Shown one piece after another: positions 13,500 through 25,900 of a stretch of 57,325 bases of DNA (position 1 is its first letter; each line of letters starts with the position of its first letter). The stretch spans positions 3,499,743 through 3,557,067 of the forward strand of contig BFEA01000018.1 of assembly GCA_003427395.1 (NCBI GenBank), read 5' to 3'. This DNA comes from Chara braunii (Eukaryota > Plantae > Charophyceae). The translations under genes were made by a program, and so were the position numbers. The notes beneath the pieces are model-generated. The model was not told where the DNA came from and did no database searches. It saw nothing but the letters and a program-made list of their open reading frames with translations.

Positions 13500-14560
13500 G
13501 CTACCGTAACTTAGGTAGATGGATCGGGCAATAGTAGGTGTGCCTTGCTTTTACTGTAGAAATGCGGGGTTAAGCAGTCAAGAGCATATAAGTAGGGGGC
13601 GTTCGATAGATGTATGCACGTGTACAGGCAAGGTAACGAGGGATGGTAGATACATGCATATTGCCCTAGGATTGGATTAATGCACCTTGGTTGCGCTCTG
13701 TCGCAACCCCCGTATACAATTTTCCTAAAGCAGATGGGGTAGGAGGGTTCGCAAGGGATCCTGCGAGCATCGGTAGCTGGAGGCATCGTGAGAACCCGAA
13801 GCTACAAATGTTCGTAACTTGCTTCCCCGGAGAAAAGAAAAGAAAAGAAAAGAAACAAAAAACAAAAAAATAAAAAAAAACGAAGAAAACGAAAAACGAA
13901 AAAGCAGAAAGACGAAAAGGAGAACCAAAGCATTACGTTTGTCCGATCGTCCGAAAAGGCCATCCTTGGATAACGAGGAAACATTGACCACTATCCGACA
14001 ACTGAGAGCGTACGAAAGGAAGAGGGTGATAGAGTAGAGGTATTTTCGTTGGATGCATATATGTGAGAAGTAATGAGGGAGGATAGATCAATGCTTCTTG
14101 CCCTTAGGTAAGACTATTGCGGCACTGCTGTGGACTATCCACGTGTAAGCTTCTAAGGCGAGTGGGGTACACGGGGCTTCACGAGATGCTTCATAAATCG
14201 AAGCGCGGAGACGAGCATCGGTAGCTAGAGGTGTTGTGAGAACCTGAAGCTGCAGTTGCTCGTAAGTTGCTCCGTCAGAGAGGACAAAAAGGAAAATTGA
14301 GAAGAAAATAAAAAAGGAATACCGGAGTAATAAGCACGTATGAAAGAGTCATTATCAAAAAATATTTTTCTAAAAAAATTGTGCGTGTGTATCTATTGAT
14401 TTACAAAACAACAAGCATCTGACTACCGAGAGTAGAGGCCATTCGATAGATGCAAATTTGTGTTTACTGTAAGAGAGGTAGCGAGGGACAGTAGATAAGT
14501 GCATCCTGTCCTTAGATCGGACTAATGCAATTAGCTACGGTCTTTCGTTTTCTTCGTAAA
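13500..14560. repeat. Diverged direct repeats separated by A-rich tracts
   Basis: GAGCATCGGTAGCT.GAGG..TGAGAACC.GAAGCT recurs at ~13765 and ~14213; upstream blocks also similar (13550-13690, 14060-14130, 14460-14530). Confidence 0.6.
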
Positions 14561-16374
14561 AACGTAATCCGAAAGGAACGAAAAAAATTTGGAGCATCAC
14601 ACTTGCCCTGACGTATGAGAGAATCATCCACAAATTATGAAGCGAGAGAAAAAAAACACACAAAAAAAAAAAGGAAAAAAAAAACAAAAAAAAACAAAAA
14701 AACAAAAAAAACGAAGGGAGGATCGTAAGAGGGATAGGGGATTGGTGAGGGAAGAAATACACCATGTGATAAGGAGATGAAGAGGCAAGCCACACATGTA
14801 TAGAAAATCCAAATCCCGAGAAAGAACCTCTTAATTGGTCGTTGAGTTGAAGCAAATCCAAGTTTTACCAACGGGACAGCATACGAGAATTGGCGAAAGC
14901 AAGGACCCAGGCCGATCGTAGAACTATTTTAGGTTGGGGAACAACCGCCGTCTCCCATCTTCTTTTCACTGCGCATGCGCACTATTAGGCCAAGGACGGG
15001 CGTACAGCCTTTTCAGTGTTGCGTGGTTTCGGTTGCATCGCGCGGAGTTTTCGGTGACGGTTTCAGGGACTGCGGTGTTTGCGGACTACGGCAACAGGAG
15101 TCATGGACTACGAAGTGGACCCAGCTATGGTGGACCTGCTGATCGGCAATCCCGAGGATGCGGTATAACCCTCTGCTCCTCCGCTCTTCTACGCGCAAAC
15201 ACTCTCAGACTCTCTTTGCAACGCATCGATCCTTAGGGATAGTAGGCACCCGTAGTACATCACTACGGTCGCTTATCCATCTTCATGCACTCTTCTTTCC
15301 TCACGACGCTTGGCTTTCTCAGTTCTCTGCATGGCACTGGTTATACGCGCTTTGTTTGCCTTCCCTTGCGATCTCGCATGTTTCTTTCTTTCGACGCTGC
15401 TAGCGCTGCTTACTATGGCGCTGCAAAAGGAAGATATGGAAGGTAGAGTTGCGCTTGCTGTTGAAGTCTCAACCTTTGTAATGCTGGCCTTCATTGCTCT
15501 GATCGTTTTTCTCGCCCTCCTTGCCTTTCTACACCATCTGCAAACGCTACCGCCGCCATCTCCCCCGCTCCCGCTACCGAAACGTCTATAACGAAGCAAG
15601 GTAAAACCCTCTGATGAAGTCGTGCATTAGTGGCTAGCGGTAATGTCCAGAAAGAAGAACAAAAGAAAAAAAGAACGAAGAAAAAAGAAAAAAAGAAAGA
15701 AAAAAAAAACAAAGAAAAAAAAAAACAACGAAGGAAAGGAAGAAAGAAAGAGTCAAAAAAGGACTAGAAACAGGGACAAAGCAAAGAGAAGAAGGGAAAC
15801 AGAAAAAAGAAACAAAAAAGGAAGGCAATAAGGTCGAGCTCACGAAAAAACAAAAAAACGTCGATAAGACGCTAGTCCTAGTTGTCCGTTGGTATTCATC
15901 AGTTCTTCACAAGCTTCTTCTCGGAAAAAAGAAAAGAAAGAAAAAGAAGAAAAAAAAGGCAAAAGAAAAAGGAAAAAGAAAAAAGGAAAAAAAGAAAAAA
16001 AGAAAAAAGGAAAAAGAACAAAGAAAAAAAGAAAAGAAGAAAAAAATCTTCAGGTATATCCACGGTCCATGCTGCTAGCCCTAGTGTTTGTACTTTGGCT
16101 GTTGCGTGTGCTTCGGTCTTCTCGTAATCCGACAATGCTTCGGGCTGGATAGTTTCAAGCGAAACCCATAGCCGTCTCTGAGCAACGGGGGGTTGCCGTT
16201 TATGCGGTGCTCGCAAAATCACAAAGCTTGTGTGTGTGCCAAAACCAAACTGCGGATTGCAGGGCATCGGGAAATATACAGTTTCATACTTACTTTTTCC
16301 TTTGTTTCGTTTCGCTTTTTTCTATTCGCAGCTTGTCCCTTCCTGTTCGTCTCACCCCTCTGTTGATTCCTGTA

Positions 16375-16377
<3 letters not shown>

Positions 16378-16455
<78 letters not shown>
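16378..16455. repeat. (GT)n microsatellite next to an assembly gap (N 16456-16669)
   Basis: Direct observation. Confidence 0.98.
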
Positions 16456-17665
16456 NNNNNNNNNNNNNNNNNNNNNNNNNNNNNNNNNNNNNNNNNNNNN
16501 NNNNNNNNNNNNNNNNNNNNNNNNNNNNNNNNNNNNNNNNNNNNNNNNNNNNNNNNNNNNNNNNNNNNNNNNNNNNNNNNNNNNNNNNNNNNNNNNNNNN
16601 NNNNNNNNNNNNNNNNNNNNNNNNNNNNNNNNNNNNNNNNNNNNNNNNNNNNNNNNNNNNNNNNNNNNNCCCCCCCTTTTTTTTTTTATTTTTTTTAACA
16701 GGGCCATAGAGGCCAACATGCGACGGCCGCAGGCCCGCAGTCGGCCTCCTCGGCCGCACGATCCGCGGCCTGGGGTGTCACGTAGGCCGTAGGGGCTTGC
16801 GAGAGGTGTGGCTGGCGCACTCGGCTGGAGCGGCTTGCGGAAGCTCCATGTGTATTCGCGACGAGGATCCGACCAACTCCTGCGTGACGCGGCCGGGAGG
16901 GTCCCGCCCCGTTTGTGCGGTGCTGGACTGATGCGCTCCACAACGGAACCTCTCGTCATCGCCTGCCGCCGTACTCCCCATTGCCCACATCAACTCCTCG
17001 ATATTCCTTGCAGAGAGTCGTGCCAACAAGGCGCCACCAACACACGAACCGACCCATGTCGATAGCAGAGCGGTGCGGCGCTCCCGGTCGCGCAGCACCG
17101 CACCCTATGATCTTTTCTTCCTTTTATATTTGCATCTGTCAGTAAAAAAAAGAATCAAAGAAACATGCGCACCATGTTTATCCCACCAGCAATCAGAAAA
17201 AATGGGGAAAAAAGAAATATCATTTTCTTTTTTTTTTTAAATAACAAAAAACGGGGATGTAGGGATTTTCAAACCCCAGAACCCACTTTTTTTTTTTTCC
17301 CTATTTTCCTGGGAAATAAAAATACTGCAAGTTTCACGGCCGCACTCAACTGCATGCAGTCGGGCCGGTAGTCAAAATCCTGACCGCACGCGGTCAGCGC
17401 CCCTGTGATCATGACCGCGGGTGATACACAGCCTCTCGCTGTAATGCAAGGTCACAGAATTGACTGTACATATACTTACCTAACTTGGACTCTGCAACCA
17501 ACTGTCCGCGGATAGGCTCCGACAAAGCTCATGCATATATATACAATACCTGGTCATCATGGATATTCAATCCATGTATCTGCAACAGCCTGTCGACCTC
17601 ACGAGACAATGCATCCACGAAAGTTCAATGTCGCTGCCCTATCGAGGCAAGTTGATCAAATGCTC

Positions 17666-18615
17666 TGACACGCCCGACATCCCGTACTAGGGAACTACTA
17701 TGCCAGCCTCACCCCTGTGCTACGTACTGGGAGGATAGCTAACCCTTAGTCATCAGTTAATATGGACTGAATCTATATTTTGTGTAGTGGTAGCATGTGA
17801 ATCGTTGTTCTATTGTGTGATGGTAAAGAGTTGGGGATCCTGTGTGCCCTTGTATATCCCAGGAGCCCGTTCCGGCCCCGCTGTAAGGTGCAGTATCTTA
17901 TGACACCCCGACATCCCGTACTAAGGAACTAAGCTACGTACTAGGAGGATAGCCAACCCTGACAATCTATTGACCTTGTATTGTATGGTAATCTGAGAGC
18001 TGACAATCCTCTGTTCCCTCGTATATTCCTGGAACCCATTCCGGCCTCGCGGTAAGGTGCAGTATCTCCTGACACCCCCAACATCCCGTACTAAAGAAAT
18101 GCTATGTCAGCCTCAACCCTTGACTACGTACTAGGAGGAAGACCAGCCCTTAGTCTTGATCTGGTAGCGAACACAGGACCTCATGTGAATTGTACGTGAA
18201 TCGTTGTTCCATTGTATGATGGTAGAGAGGTGGGGATCCTCCGTTCCATCGTATATTCCTGGAGCCCGTTCCCGGCCCCGCGGTAAGGTGCAGTATCTTC
18301 TGACACCGCCGACATCCCGTACTAAGGAACTGTTATGCCAGCCTCAACCCTAAGCTACGTACTAGAAGGATAGCCAACCCTGAGAATCTATTGACCCTGT
18401 GTTGTATGGTAGTCTGAGAGCTAACAATCCTCTGTTCCCTCGTATGTCCNTGGAGCCCGTTCCGGCCCCGCGGTAAGGTGCAGTATCTCCTGACACCCCC
18501 GACATCCCGTACTAAGGAACTGCTATGCCAGCCTCAACCCTTGACTACGTACTAGTAGGAGGATGACCAGCCCTAAGTCATGATCTGTCATTGAACACAG
18601 GACCTCATGTGAACC
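17666..18615. repeat. Tandem array: conserved ~120-bp core with alternating spacers, 5 units
   Basis: TGACACCCC(C)GACATCCCGTACTA starts at 17666, 17901, 18070, 18301, 18491 (periods 235/169/231/190). Confidence 0.92.
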
Positions 18616-18899
18616 GTCCAAATGACCTAACCTATTGACCTATAATGTATTAATGTGAAACAGTCTGTGACTATCCTGGGCTCAAGTAAACCAGACCGTA
18701 CAAATCACCCAGCAGTCTCCTGACCACCCCATAGTCAAAGAACATCAGGACATCCCACTGTCACCGAGTCCCAGCATACAACAACCATGGGCTACCCCTT
18801 GTGTGGTGCGCAGACAGTGTCTGTAATAGCTTACCTGCATCATCCCAAGGGGGTGTATGTCCAGCCGTGTGTCACTCTAACGCCCTGCCGGTATCCATG

Positions 18900-18984
18900 C
18901 GCGAAGTTGCAAAGTTTTGAACCTGCAACCTTATACCACAATGCGCATTTCGAACCCGTGCTCTAACCACTGAGCTACATCAAC
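18900..18984 (-). mobile_element. tRNA-derived (SINE-like) head with A and B boxes
   Basis: Minus strand: TAGCTCAGTGGTTAGAGC (D-arm/A box) ... GCAGGTTCAAAACTTTGC (T-arm/B box); no proper anticodon arm. Confidence 0.65.
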
Positions 18985-19382
18985 TGGACTGCTACTACTG
19001 CTACGCTATATTCTTCTCTCAAATCTTTCATCATCTTTCAAATTCTTTTCAATTCACCATCGCTACCTACCTACCACTACTCGTAAGGCTTATACAGGGG
19101 ACTCCTGCGAACATTGCTTTGTTGTCTCCCTCCAGCCATCAGAGGGGATGCATGTTACCCCCCGCCCCAACCATGGTGGTCATGGATAGGGTGGGGCCGC
19201 CGATGGGGGTCTGGGTGGTCAAGGATAGGGTGGGGCCGCCGGTGGGGGTCCGGGTAACGCAAAGACTGGCGAAGAAGAAAGGCAAGCAATGGCCGATTGC
19301 TCTTTACACGCGAACCAATAATATTTCCATTAATGAAACAAGCGTGTACATCATGCTCGAAGTTACCGCGCATGCGTTCCCC

Positions 19383-19446
19383 TACGTTGCAACCGGGTGC
19401 ACTCCGGTCTCATCAGGAGGCTTGCCACTAGCCCAGCGCCTTACGG
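19383..19446 (-). ncRNA. Degenerate hammerhead ribozyme-like motif
   Basis: AGCCUC-CUGAUGA-GACCGG(AGUGCAC)CCGGUU-GCAAC-GUA; GAAA box mutated to GCAA. Confidence 0.5.
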
Positions 19447-20016
19447 CCCGCCAACACCTTGTCACCCTACGAGCGAACGAGGACCCGTGTGGCCTTTGCC
19501 CTCATTTATGCTTTGGCCTTCCCTTGCACGTGCTCTGCCTTCTATCTTCTGGGTTCTGATTGGCTAAACAATCCTATGTCCGATCCTGGTGTGGTCCTCC
19601 CTAGCCGCTCAATCCCTCATGTGCGGGCTCTGTGCACGTGCTAGACTGCCACAGAAACTCCCAGGTAATCCGATAGCGCCCGAAGTTCAAATTTAAAGCG
19701 CGGAAAGTTCAAATTTAAATTCTACCATATAATCCGTTACTTCACCCACCTTTCCCCACCACCTATCTCCACGCGTCTAAAATAAACTTAAAAAAAATAA
19801 TAATAAAAAAAATCTCCACGCTTCTTATTTCTTTTTTTTTTCTATCTCATTTTTCTTGATAGTACGCATCTATCTCATCCTCTCACTATTCTATATATAG
19901 TATGGGGGAACACCAACCAACCCGGATCCCTCCCCAGCCGACAGGGTAGGTTGGCACCACAGCTGTGGTGCGAGGGCAAGGCACACATGCAAGTGAAAGT
20001 CAATTGAACAAGGATT

Positions 20017-20054
<38 letters not shown>

Positions 20055-20486
20055 ATTTCCACACATGACCTCTCCTCGTCTTCGCACTTTCCCGCTCCTT
20101 ACCTCAAGGCGTGCTGAGCCAGCGCGTGTGCTGCCAATTCCCAGATCAAATCCTATCTGGTGAAGTCCCCTCCCAAAATAATATACACCCCTCTGAATTT
20201 CCACACCCGCCAAACTTGCCGCCTGTATTGCTAATTTCGAGAAATCTGTCAATTGCAAATTACGGAAACAAATCACGGAATGCTCTGCCATTGCCAGTCC
20301 CTTGCCCACAATGTTCGCAGCCTACTATGCCTCGTCGTTTGAACGTAGGAACGAATGGTCGTTGTGCAGGGACCGGTCGACCGCTGGGCAGGAGGCGGCA
20401 GGAGGGTAGCTGGGAGGGTGGAGGAAGTGGAAGAGGCCTCAAAAGCAGGTCGGGATGTGGTCGCCCTAAAAAAAACGAGGGTGTCG

Positions 20487-20962
20487 TCTGTTTTTGTTTT
20501 GTTCCAATGCCCCGTTCGGTCTGTCGAGTAATAGGGGTCTCGGGGGGTGGCGGTCAAATGGTGTTGTTTTTTGGTGTATGTGGTTGGCCCAATTTCTTTT
20601 CTTTTTTTCTTTCTTTGTGTAACTGTAACTGTAATTGTAACCGTGAATAAAACGGCGAACTACTCTCGACATTCACAAAAGACAAAAATCATGGCCGTGC
20701 ATCTTTCCATGTTTTACTGGAAGATCTGTTTTTGTTTTGTTCCAATGCCCCGACCGGTCTGTCGAGTAATAGGGGTCTCGGGGGGTGGCGGTCAAATGGT
20801 GTTGTTTTTTGGTGTATGTGGTTGGCCCAATTTCTTTTCTTTTTTTCTTTCTTTGTGTAACTGTAACTGTAATTGTAACCGTGAATAAAACGGCGAACTA
20901 CTCTCGACATTCACAAAAGACAAAAATCATGGCCATGCATCTTTCCATGTTTTAGCGGAAGA
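20487..20962. repeat. Near-identical 238-bp tandem duplication
   Basis: TCTGTTTTTGTTTTGTTCCAATGCCCCG at 20487 and 20725; duplicated ORFs offset by 238. Confidence 0.95.
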
Positions 20963-21784
20963 TTCACTCTCGTTTTGCACAGTTCGAGAGTAGTGCAGCT
21001 AGCCCCTATGTGTATAATGTGTATGGGCCGATTCTGCAATCTGTACAGATTTTGTAAAATCGTCTCGTGGCCCGAGCCTTGACGCCCGAAGAGGAATAGG
21101 GTTGCTAACCTCATTGTAGATTTATCTGTGGGCAGATGACATCCAGGTTCAAGCGCGTGGGATCTGATACATTGTAGGTGTATGTTGTAGGTGTACGTTG
21201 TAGGTGTACGTTGTAGGTGTATGCGGTGTGGCAGAAAACGGGTTGGGGGGGAGAAAACAGAAACGTTTTTTTTTGTTTTTGTTTCTTTTTTGTTTTTTTT
21301 CTTCTATATTCTTCTCTCAACTTCTGTTTTTGTTTACCTTCCACTACCTACTCCTAACACTATCTAGAGGGGAGCCCTGCAAGCATAGTTTCCTCTCTCT
21401 GTGAAGGGGAGATTTCATGTTGCCCCTTGCCCCTAATGGTTAGGGTATAGGGTTGGGGCCGCCAGTGGGGGTCTGGCTAACACAAAGACCGAGACCTGCC
21501 AGTAGCTGTGCCTCCCTTTCTCATCGTCCCCCACCCTTCATCCAGTAGCAGCAGAGGCTATGGCCAACACTCTCCCACACACCACACACACACCCGTGCT
21601 GGTCATAGACCCTGCTAATACCCATCAGGGGTATCCAGAGGACTAGTGCCCTTTCTTTTGTTTTTTTTTTTCTTCCTGTTTTAATTTTTGGCCTGATTGT
21701 GTCCATTTATCTATGAGCAGATGACATCCAGATTCAGGTGCGCAAAATCTGATATTTGTAGGTGTACGGTATTGACTATTGACC

Positions 21785-21901
21785 TGGCTGCACTACTCTT
21801 GAAATGCACAAAAGACAAAAGTCATGGCCGTGTATCTTTCCATATTCTAGAGGAAGATTCACTCTCGTTTTGCACATTTCGAGAGTAGTGCAGCGAGGCC
21901 C
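21785..21901. mobile_element. ~120-bp MITE, probably PIF/Harbinger (Tourist-like); other copies near 20895-21005, 26848-26955, 27218-27340, 31780-31878, 32010-32109, 32124-32253
   Basis: TIR consensus GGGCCTCGCTCCACTACTCTC, shared core CACAAAAGACAAAAA..ATCTTTCCATGTT..GGAAGATTCA, often TA-flanked. Confidence 0.75.
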
Positions 21902-22888
21902 TATGCCTTCACCATATTCACTACAGTCACCTGTAAGAACTTAGGTACGAGCCGTATGAATGATGTGTGCAAGAAAGACAATGGGCCTCGCCACACGGCG
22001 CATGAAACGAAAATGGAACGAGTGCATCTTCCCACCAAAGGTGGCAAATACACTCGTTAAACCTGGCCACTTTGTTGGGGGGATGCACTCGTGTCCTGTT
22101 TTTTTTTTTTAAAGCTATATTCTTCTCTCATCCATCTCATTTTCTTGCTAGTACTCATCTATCTCATCCTCTCACTAGTTCGCAGCCCGTAGGCTGCGCT
22201 ATACCTCGTCGTTTATGTGTAGTAGGGGGGAACACCAACCAACCCGGATCTCTCCCCAGCCCACGGGGTAGGTTGGCACCACAGCAGTGGTGTGAGAGCA
22301 AGGCTGTACCAGTCCCTCCTCACGGTGACAAGGGGTGGGGAGGCATTGTTGATGGGGGAAATCGGCGGTGGTAGCGCCGAGCGATGGCCAGTCACTGCAC
22401 CTCCCCCCTACCCCCCCCAAACCCCGCATGGCGGTGTCTAATGGCCGATATTGTGGCTGCATAGCAACCAAAAACATCAACCAAGGTCCTGGCAGATTCT
22501 TCTGCCCGTTACGGGCTGCGGGCCCGCGACCTCGCGGTATGTCAATAGGACCATGTTATCGAGGAGCACTTTCCACGGCTCCTCGTTAGCGATGGTACCC
22601 CTGGCAAATTTGGACCATTTCTTCTTCTTTTTTTTTTAATAAAAAAAAGGGCCCTCAGGGCTTCATATTATGCAGTTGAAATAGCACTGAGGCCGGGAAT
22701 CCTCAACAAACAACCCGGAAAAAAACTTGGACCATTTCTCGATTTATGCGTGTCATCCTTGCGCAGGGGCCATTTGCTAATCTTCTTTCTCTGTATCGTT
22801 CCAATTCTTACGGATGTCCCGAAGGGCCCCCTGGCAAATTTCGACCAGGGAAGATGCAAGGAACTGCCAGAAAAGACTGGTGTTAGCC

Positions 22889-22920
<32 letters not shown>

Positions 22921-23058
22921 CCCGGCCATGAATCGGCTCCATCGATATGAACCGCCGCATTCTTCCCTGTCCATCGCCCTGTGTCTGTCTTCCCTGCCAG
23001 CCATTGCTTGTTGCTCTGCTCGCTAGCTTGGCGCTCTGGAGATCCGCGGAGATTGGGC

Positions 23059-23817
23059 ATGGCGGTCGCCATAGCTCCGAGCTCATCACGCCTTTATGGC
23101 GTGCGTGGCCGAGCGCGTCATCTTCCGACCCGCGCCGGTCTCCCTCCCCTTGTCCGTTCGCTGGCGTGTCTTCTTCTCGTGACCGCTGCTCATCTTTGCT
23201 GCATGCCAACAGCTTCTGAACCAGTGCCACGTGGCGTGTTTCCCGTCTGTTCAGGAGAAACTCTGGTCGAAGACGGATATGGCGGATGCCAGACTTCGTC
23301 GTCGTCGTCGTCTTCATACGGGCATTCCTTCTTGTGCGAGCCAGACCCGGTGGCTATGGCCGCCATGAAGCCCGTCTGTCCTCCCTCTAGCCCCCCTACC
23401 TCCGCATTCACGTCGCTGACCGTCTCTGTTGTGCCAGGTGTGGGCTACGTGTTCGCAAATGCCACCAGTTGCCAGCCAATCAAGCAATCTGAGTCCGGAT
23501 TTCTGACCGGACTCTTCAACGCTACCTCAGGGATCGTCATAATCCCGGAGAAGGGAGTGGACCCCAGGGCGTATGCTCCTTATGCTCGCGCCATGACTGC
23601 AGCGGGAGCCTTCGCTGTCATCGTCACGGATATCAACGAAGCCAACGTCGTTCGAGCGTTGTCCATATCCCTCTCCCCTCCCCGAATCTGGGCCGTGATG
23701 GGACACGGGACCTACGGCGGGGCTCTGGCCACTCTTCTCGCCCGTTCTCTGTACCCGCGAATCACCACACTCATTCTCCATGCGGCTGCCATTCCTCCTG
23801 ACATCGACTTCTCGCAG
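23059..23817 (+). CDS. Exon 1 of tandem alpha/beta-hydrolase gene: hydrophobic N-terminal segment plus first part of non-canonical domain 1
   Basis: ATG at 23059; [18 protein letters not shown]; [22 protein letters not shown]; [11 protein letters not shown]; phase-0 donor CAG|GTCAGA at 23817/23818. Confidence 0.85.
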
Positions 23818-24609
23818 GTCAGATTCGGATCTCTAACCTGGGTTTGTTTATGGGTTTGTTTATGGGTTTGTTAAACTTTGTTTATGTTTATTGGTTTGTT
23901 TTTGTTTATTGGTTTGTTTGGTTCATTCGTTGATAGGTCAGAGAGAGAGTCGGAGTTATCCGAGTGTTTCAGACGACTTCCCCCGAATACAGCGTACTGT
24001 CAAATTATAGCGGAATTTGGGGTATCTTTCAGTCTAGACTCTAGATACAGTGATCATGACCGGGCGTTGTAATCGGGGGAAGAAGGTAGGCCCATTGCAC
24101 GGCGCTATAGCTCTCTCTGTATTCCGCTGCGGCACAGACAGAAGAGTGCCTGTACCTAACCCGAAAATAGGCAGTATACCTTGATTTTAATTTATTAGCC
24201 GCCTGACTTACATTCGCCGGGGGAAGAAGGAGGTAGTTGCCATTTTTGGTAGCTCATTCGTTGCCTTCTTCCCCCCTCGCACACCCCCTTTGAGCCGTTA
24301 ACGCACGCTAATTATGAATCTATACAGCCTCCTTTTCGTTTTTTTTCAAAACGTGAATGTAAACGTGAATGTATACATAGTACATACACCCCCCCGTGAC
24401 CCCCGTTTGTCAATGAGCAGTTGCATTCACGTTTACCATGATCATGCTGGCTCGCTGGCTCACCATCGACTTTTGCTCCCGCAGTGCCTTCACTGGCACT
24501 CGCCATATTGATGCTTGGCGTCCGTTCGCTGGGAGCTTTCATTAGAATAATATCCTCTTTGTTTTTTTTTTCCTCATTTAATTTAGAATATTTTCGTCAT
24601 CAGCTCCAA

Positions 24610-25063
24610 CGGCCCTGATGTATCACCATGGAGCTAACCGGCCCTAAGCAATTCAGAATTGCAGTATTTTCCTCATCTGATCAGCATTCGGTGGAGTTCG
24701 AACTCAGGTCTATATGTGAACAGCTCCTCAGGGGTGTGCCAACTGAGCTAGGCCAGTTGGTTGTGATATCCTTTCAGCATAAGTCAGCATCTGGGAAATT
24801 TTTCTTCACGAATCTCTTGGCAATGTGCCACCATCTTCTTCTTCGTCGTCGTCTTCTTCTTGTTCTTCTTCTTCTGCTGCTGCTGCTGCTGCTGGAACTG
24901 CTGTTCTTCTTCTTATGTTTTTCCTTGTAGAGGGCCACGGCCATGAGGTATCATCATTGAGCTTGTGTACCAACTGAGGTAGGCCAGTTGGTTATGATAT
25001 CCTTTTAGCATAAGTCAGCATCGGGGAATTTCTGTATGAATATCTGGTGCCTTCTTCTTCTTC

Positions 25064-25095
<32 letters not shown>

Positions 25096-25900
25096 TTCTG
25101 CTTATGTTTTAAATTCCGTTTCGAGGACTGCCATGAGGTATCATCATTGACCTTGTGTGCCAACTGAGCTAGCATAAGGCCAGTTGGTTATGATATCCTT
25201 TTAGCATAAGTCAGCATCTGGGAATTTCTGTATGAATATCTTGTGCCTTCTTCTTCTTCCTCTTCTGCTGCTGCGGCTGGTGATGGGGCTGCTGTTCTTC
25301 TTCTTATGTTTTAAATTCCGTTTCGAGGGCGATGGCCATGAGGTACCATCATTGAGCTTGTGTACCAACTGAACTAGGCCAGTTGGTTATGATACCCTTT
25401 TAGCATCGCGGAATATCTTTATGAATATTTTGTGCCTTCTTCTCCTGCTGCCGCTGCTGCTGCGATGGCCATGAGGTATCATCATTGAGCTTGTGTGGCA
25501 ACTGAGCTAGGCCAGTTGGTTGTGATATCCGTTTAGCATAAGTCAGCATCTGGGAATTTTCTTCATGAATCTCTTATGCCATCTTCTTCTTTCTTCGTCT
25601 TCCTCGTCTTCTGCTGCTGCTGCTGTTCTTCTTCTTATGTTTTTTTCGTTTTGAGGGCGAGGGCCATGAGGTATCATCATTGAGCTTACGGCCCCCAACT
25701 ACTGAATTCAGCGTTATTTTACTCTGTCCTGCTGGTTGCATCTGGATTCGAACTTGGGTCTGTATTTCACGTGTGTACCCAACTGAGCTAGGCCCGCGTT
25801 GGTCCTCCTGTTTTCTCCGTTTGCATCGATGTGGTGTTTTCTACCATTGCATTTTTTTTTTTTTAATTACGGTCTTGAGATATCATCATTGAACTGACCG
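24610..25900 (-). repeat. Tandem array derived from a tRNA-SINE head, with (TTC)n/(CTG)n tracts
   Basis: CAACTGAGCTAGGCCAGTTGG (reverse A box) at ~24740, 24971, 25161, 25366, 25499, 25780; B boxes at ~24697 and ~25747; same family as 49128-49240. Confidence 0.8.

Noticed and set aside
15598-15645. CUGAUGA followed by a weak hairpin as a hammerhead near the PLE
   Set aside because: No GAAA box after the putative stem II and no stem III.
13725-16792. Lys-, Phe- or Cys/Val-rich ORFs (also 41122-42084, 46991-47279)
   Set aside because: Translations of poly-A/T tracts, microsatellites, N runs or compositional skew.
16695-17100. GC-rich ORF-like segment after the gap
   Set aside because: No recognisable motif; may be a retroelement tail but cannot be supported.
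17666-18615. CRISPR-like repeat-spacer array
   Set aside because: Repeats are ~120 bp, spacers recur rather than being unique, context is eukaryotic and no cas genes are present.
18900-18984. Functional tRNA gene (also 49128-49200)
   Set aside because: A and B boxes present but anticodon and acceptor stems do not form; treated as SINE-like heads.
22174-22200. Helitron 3' end (GC hairpin plus CTAG|T on the minus strand)
   Set aside because: Plausible, but no matching 5' end was found and the related repeat at 19870-19985 lacks the hairpin.
22981-23874. ORF-track boundaries as a complete single-exon gene
   Set aside because: The GTG start and the WVCL-repeat tail are read-through into UTR and intron; the domain is completed only by exon 2.
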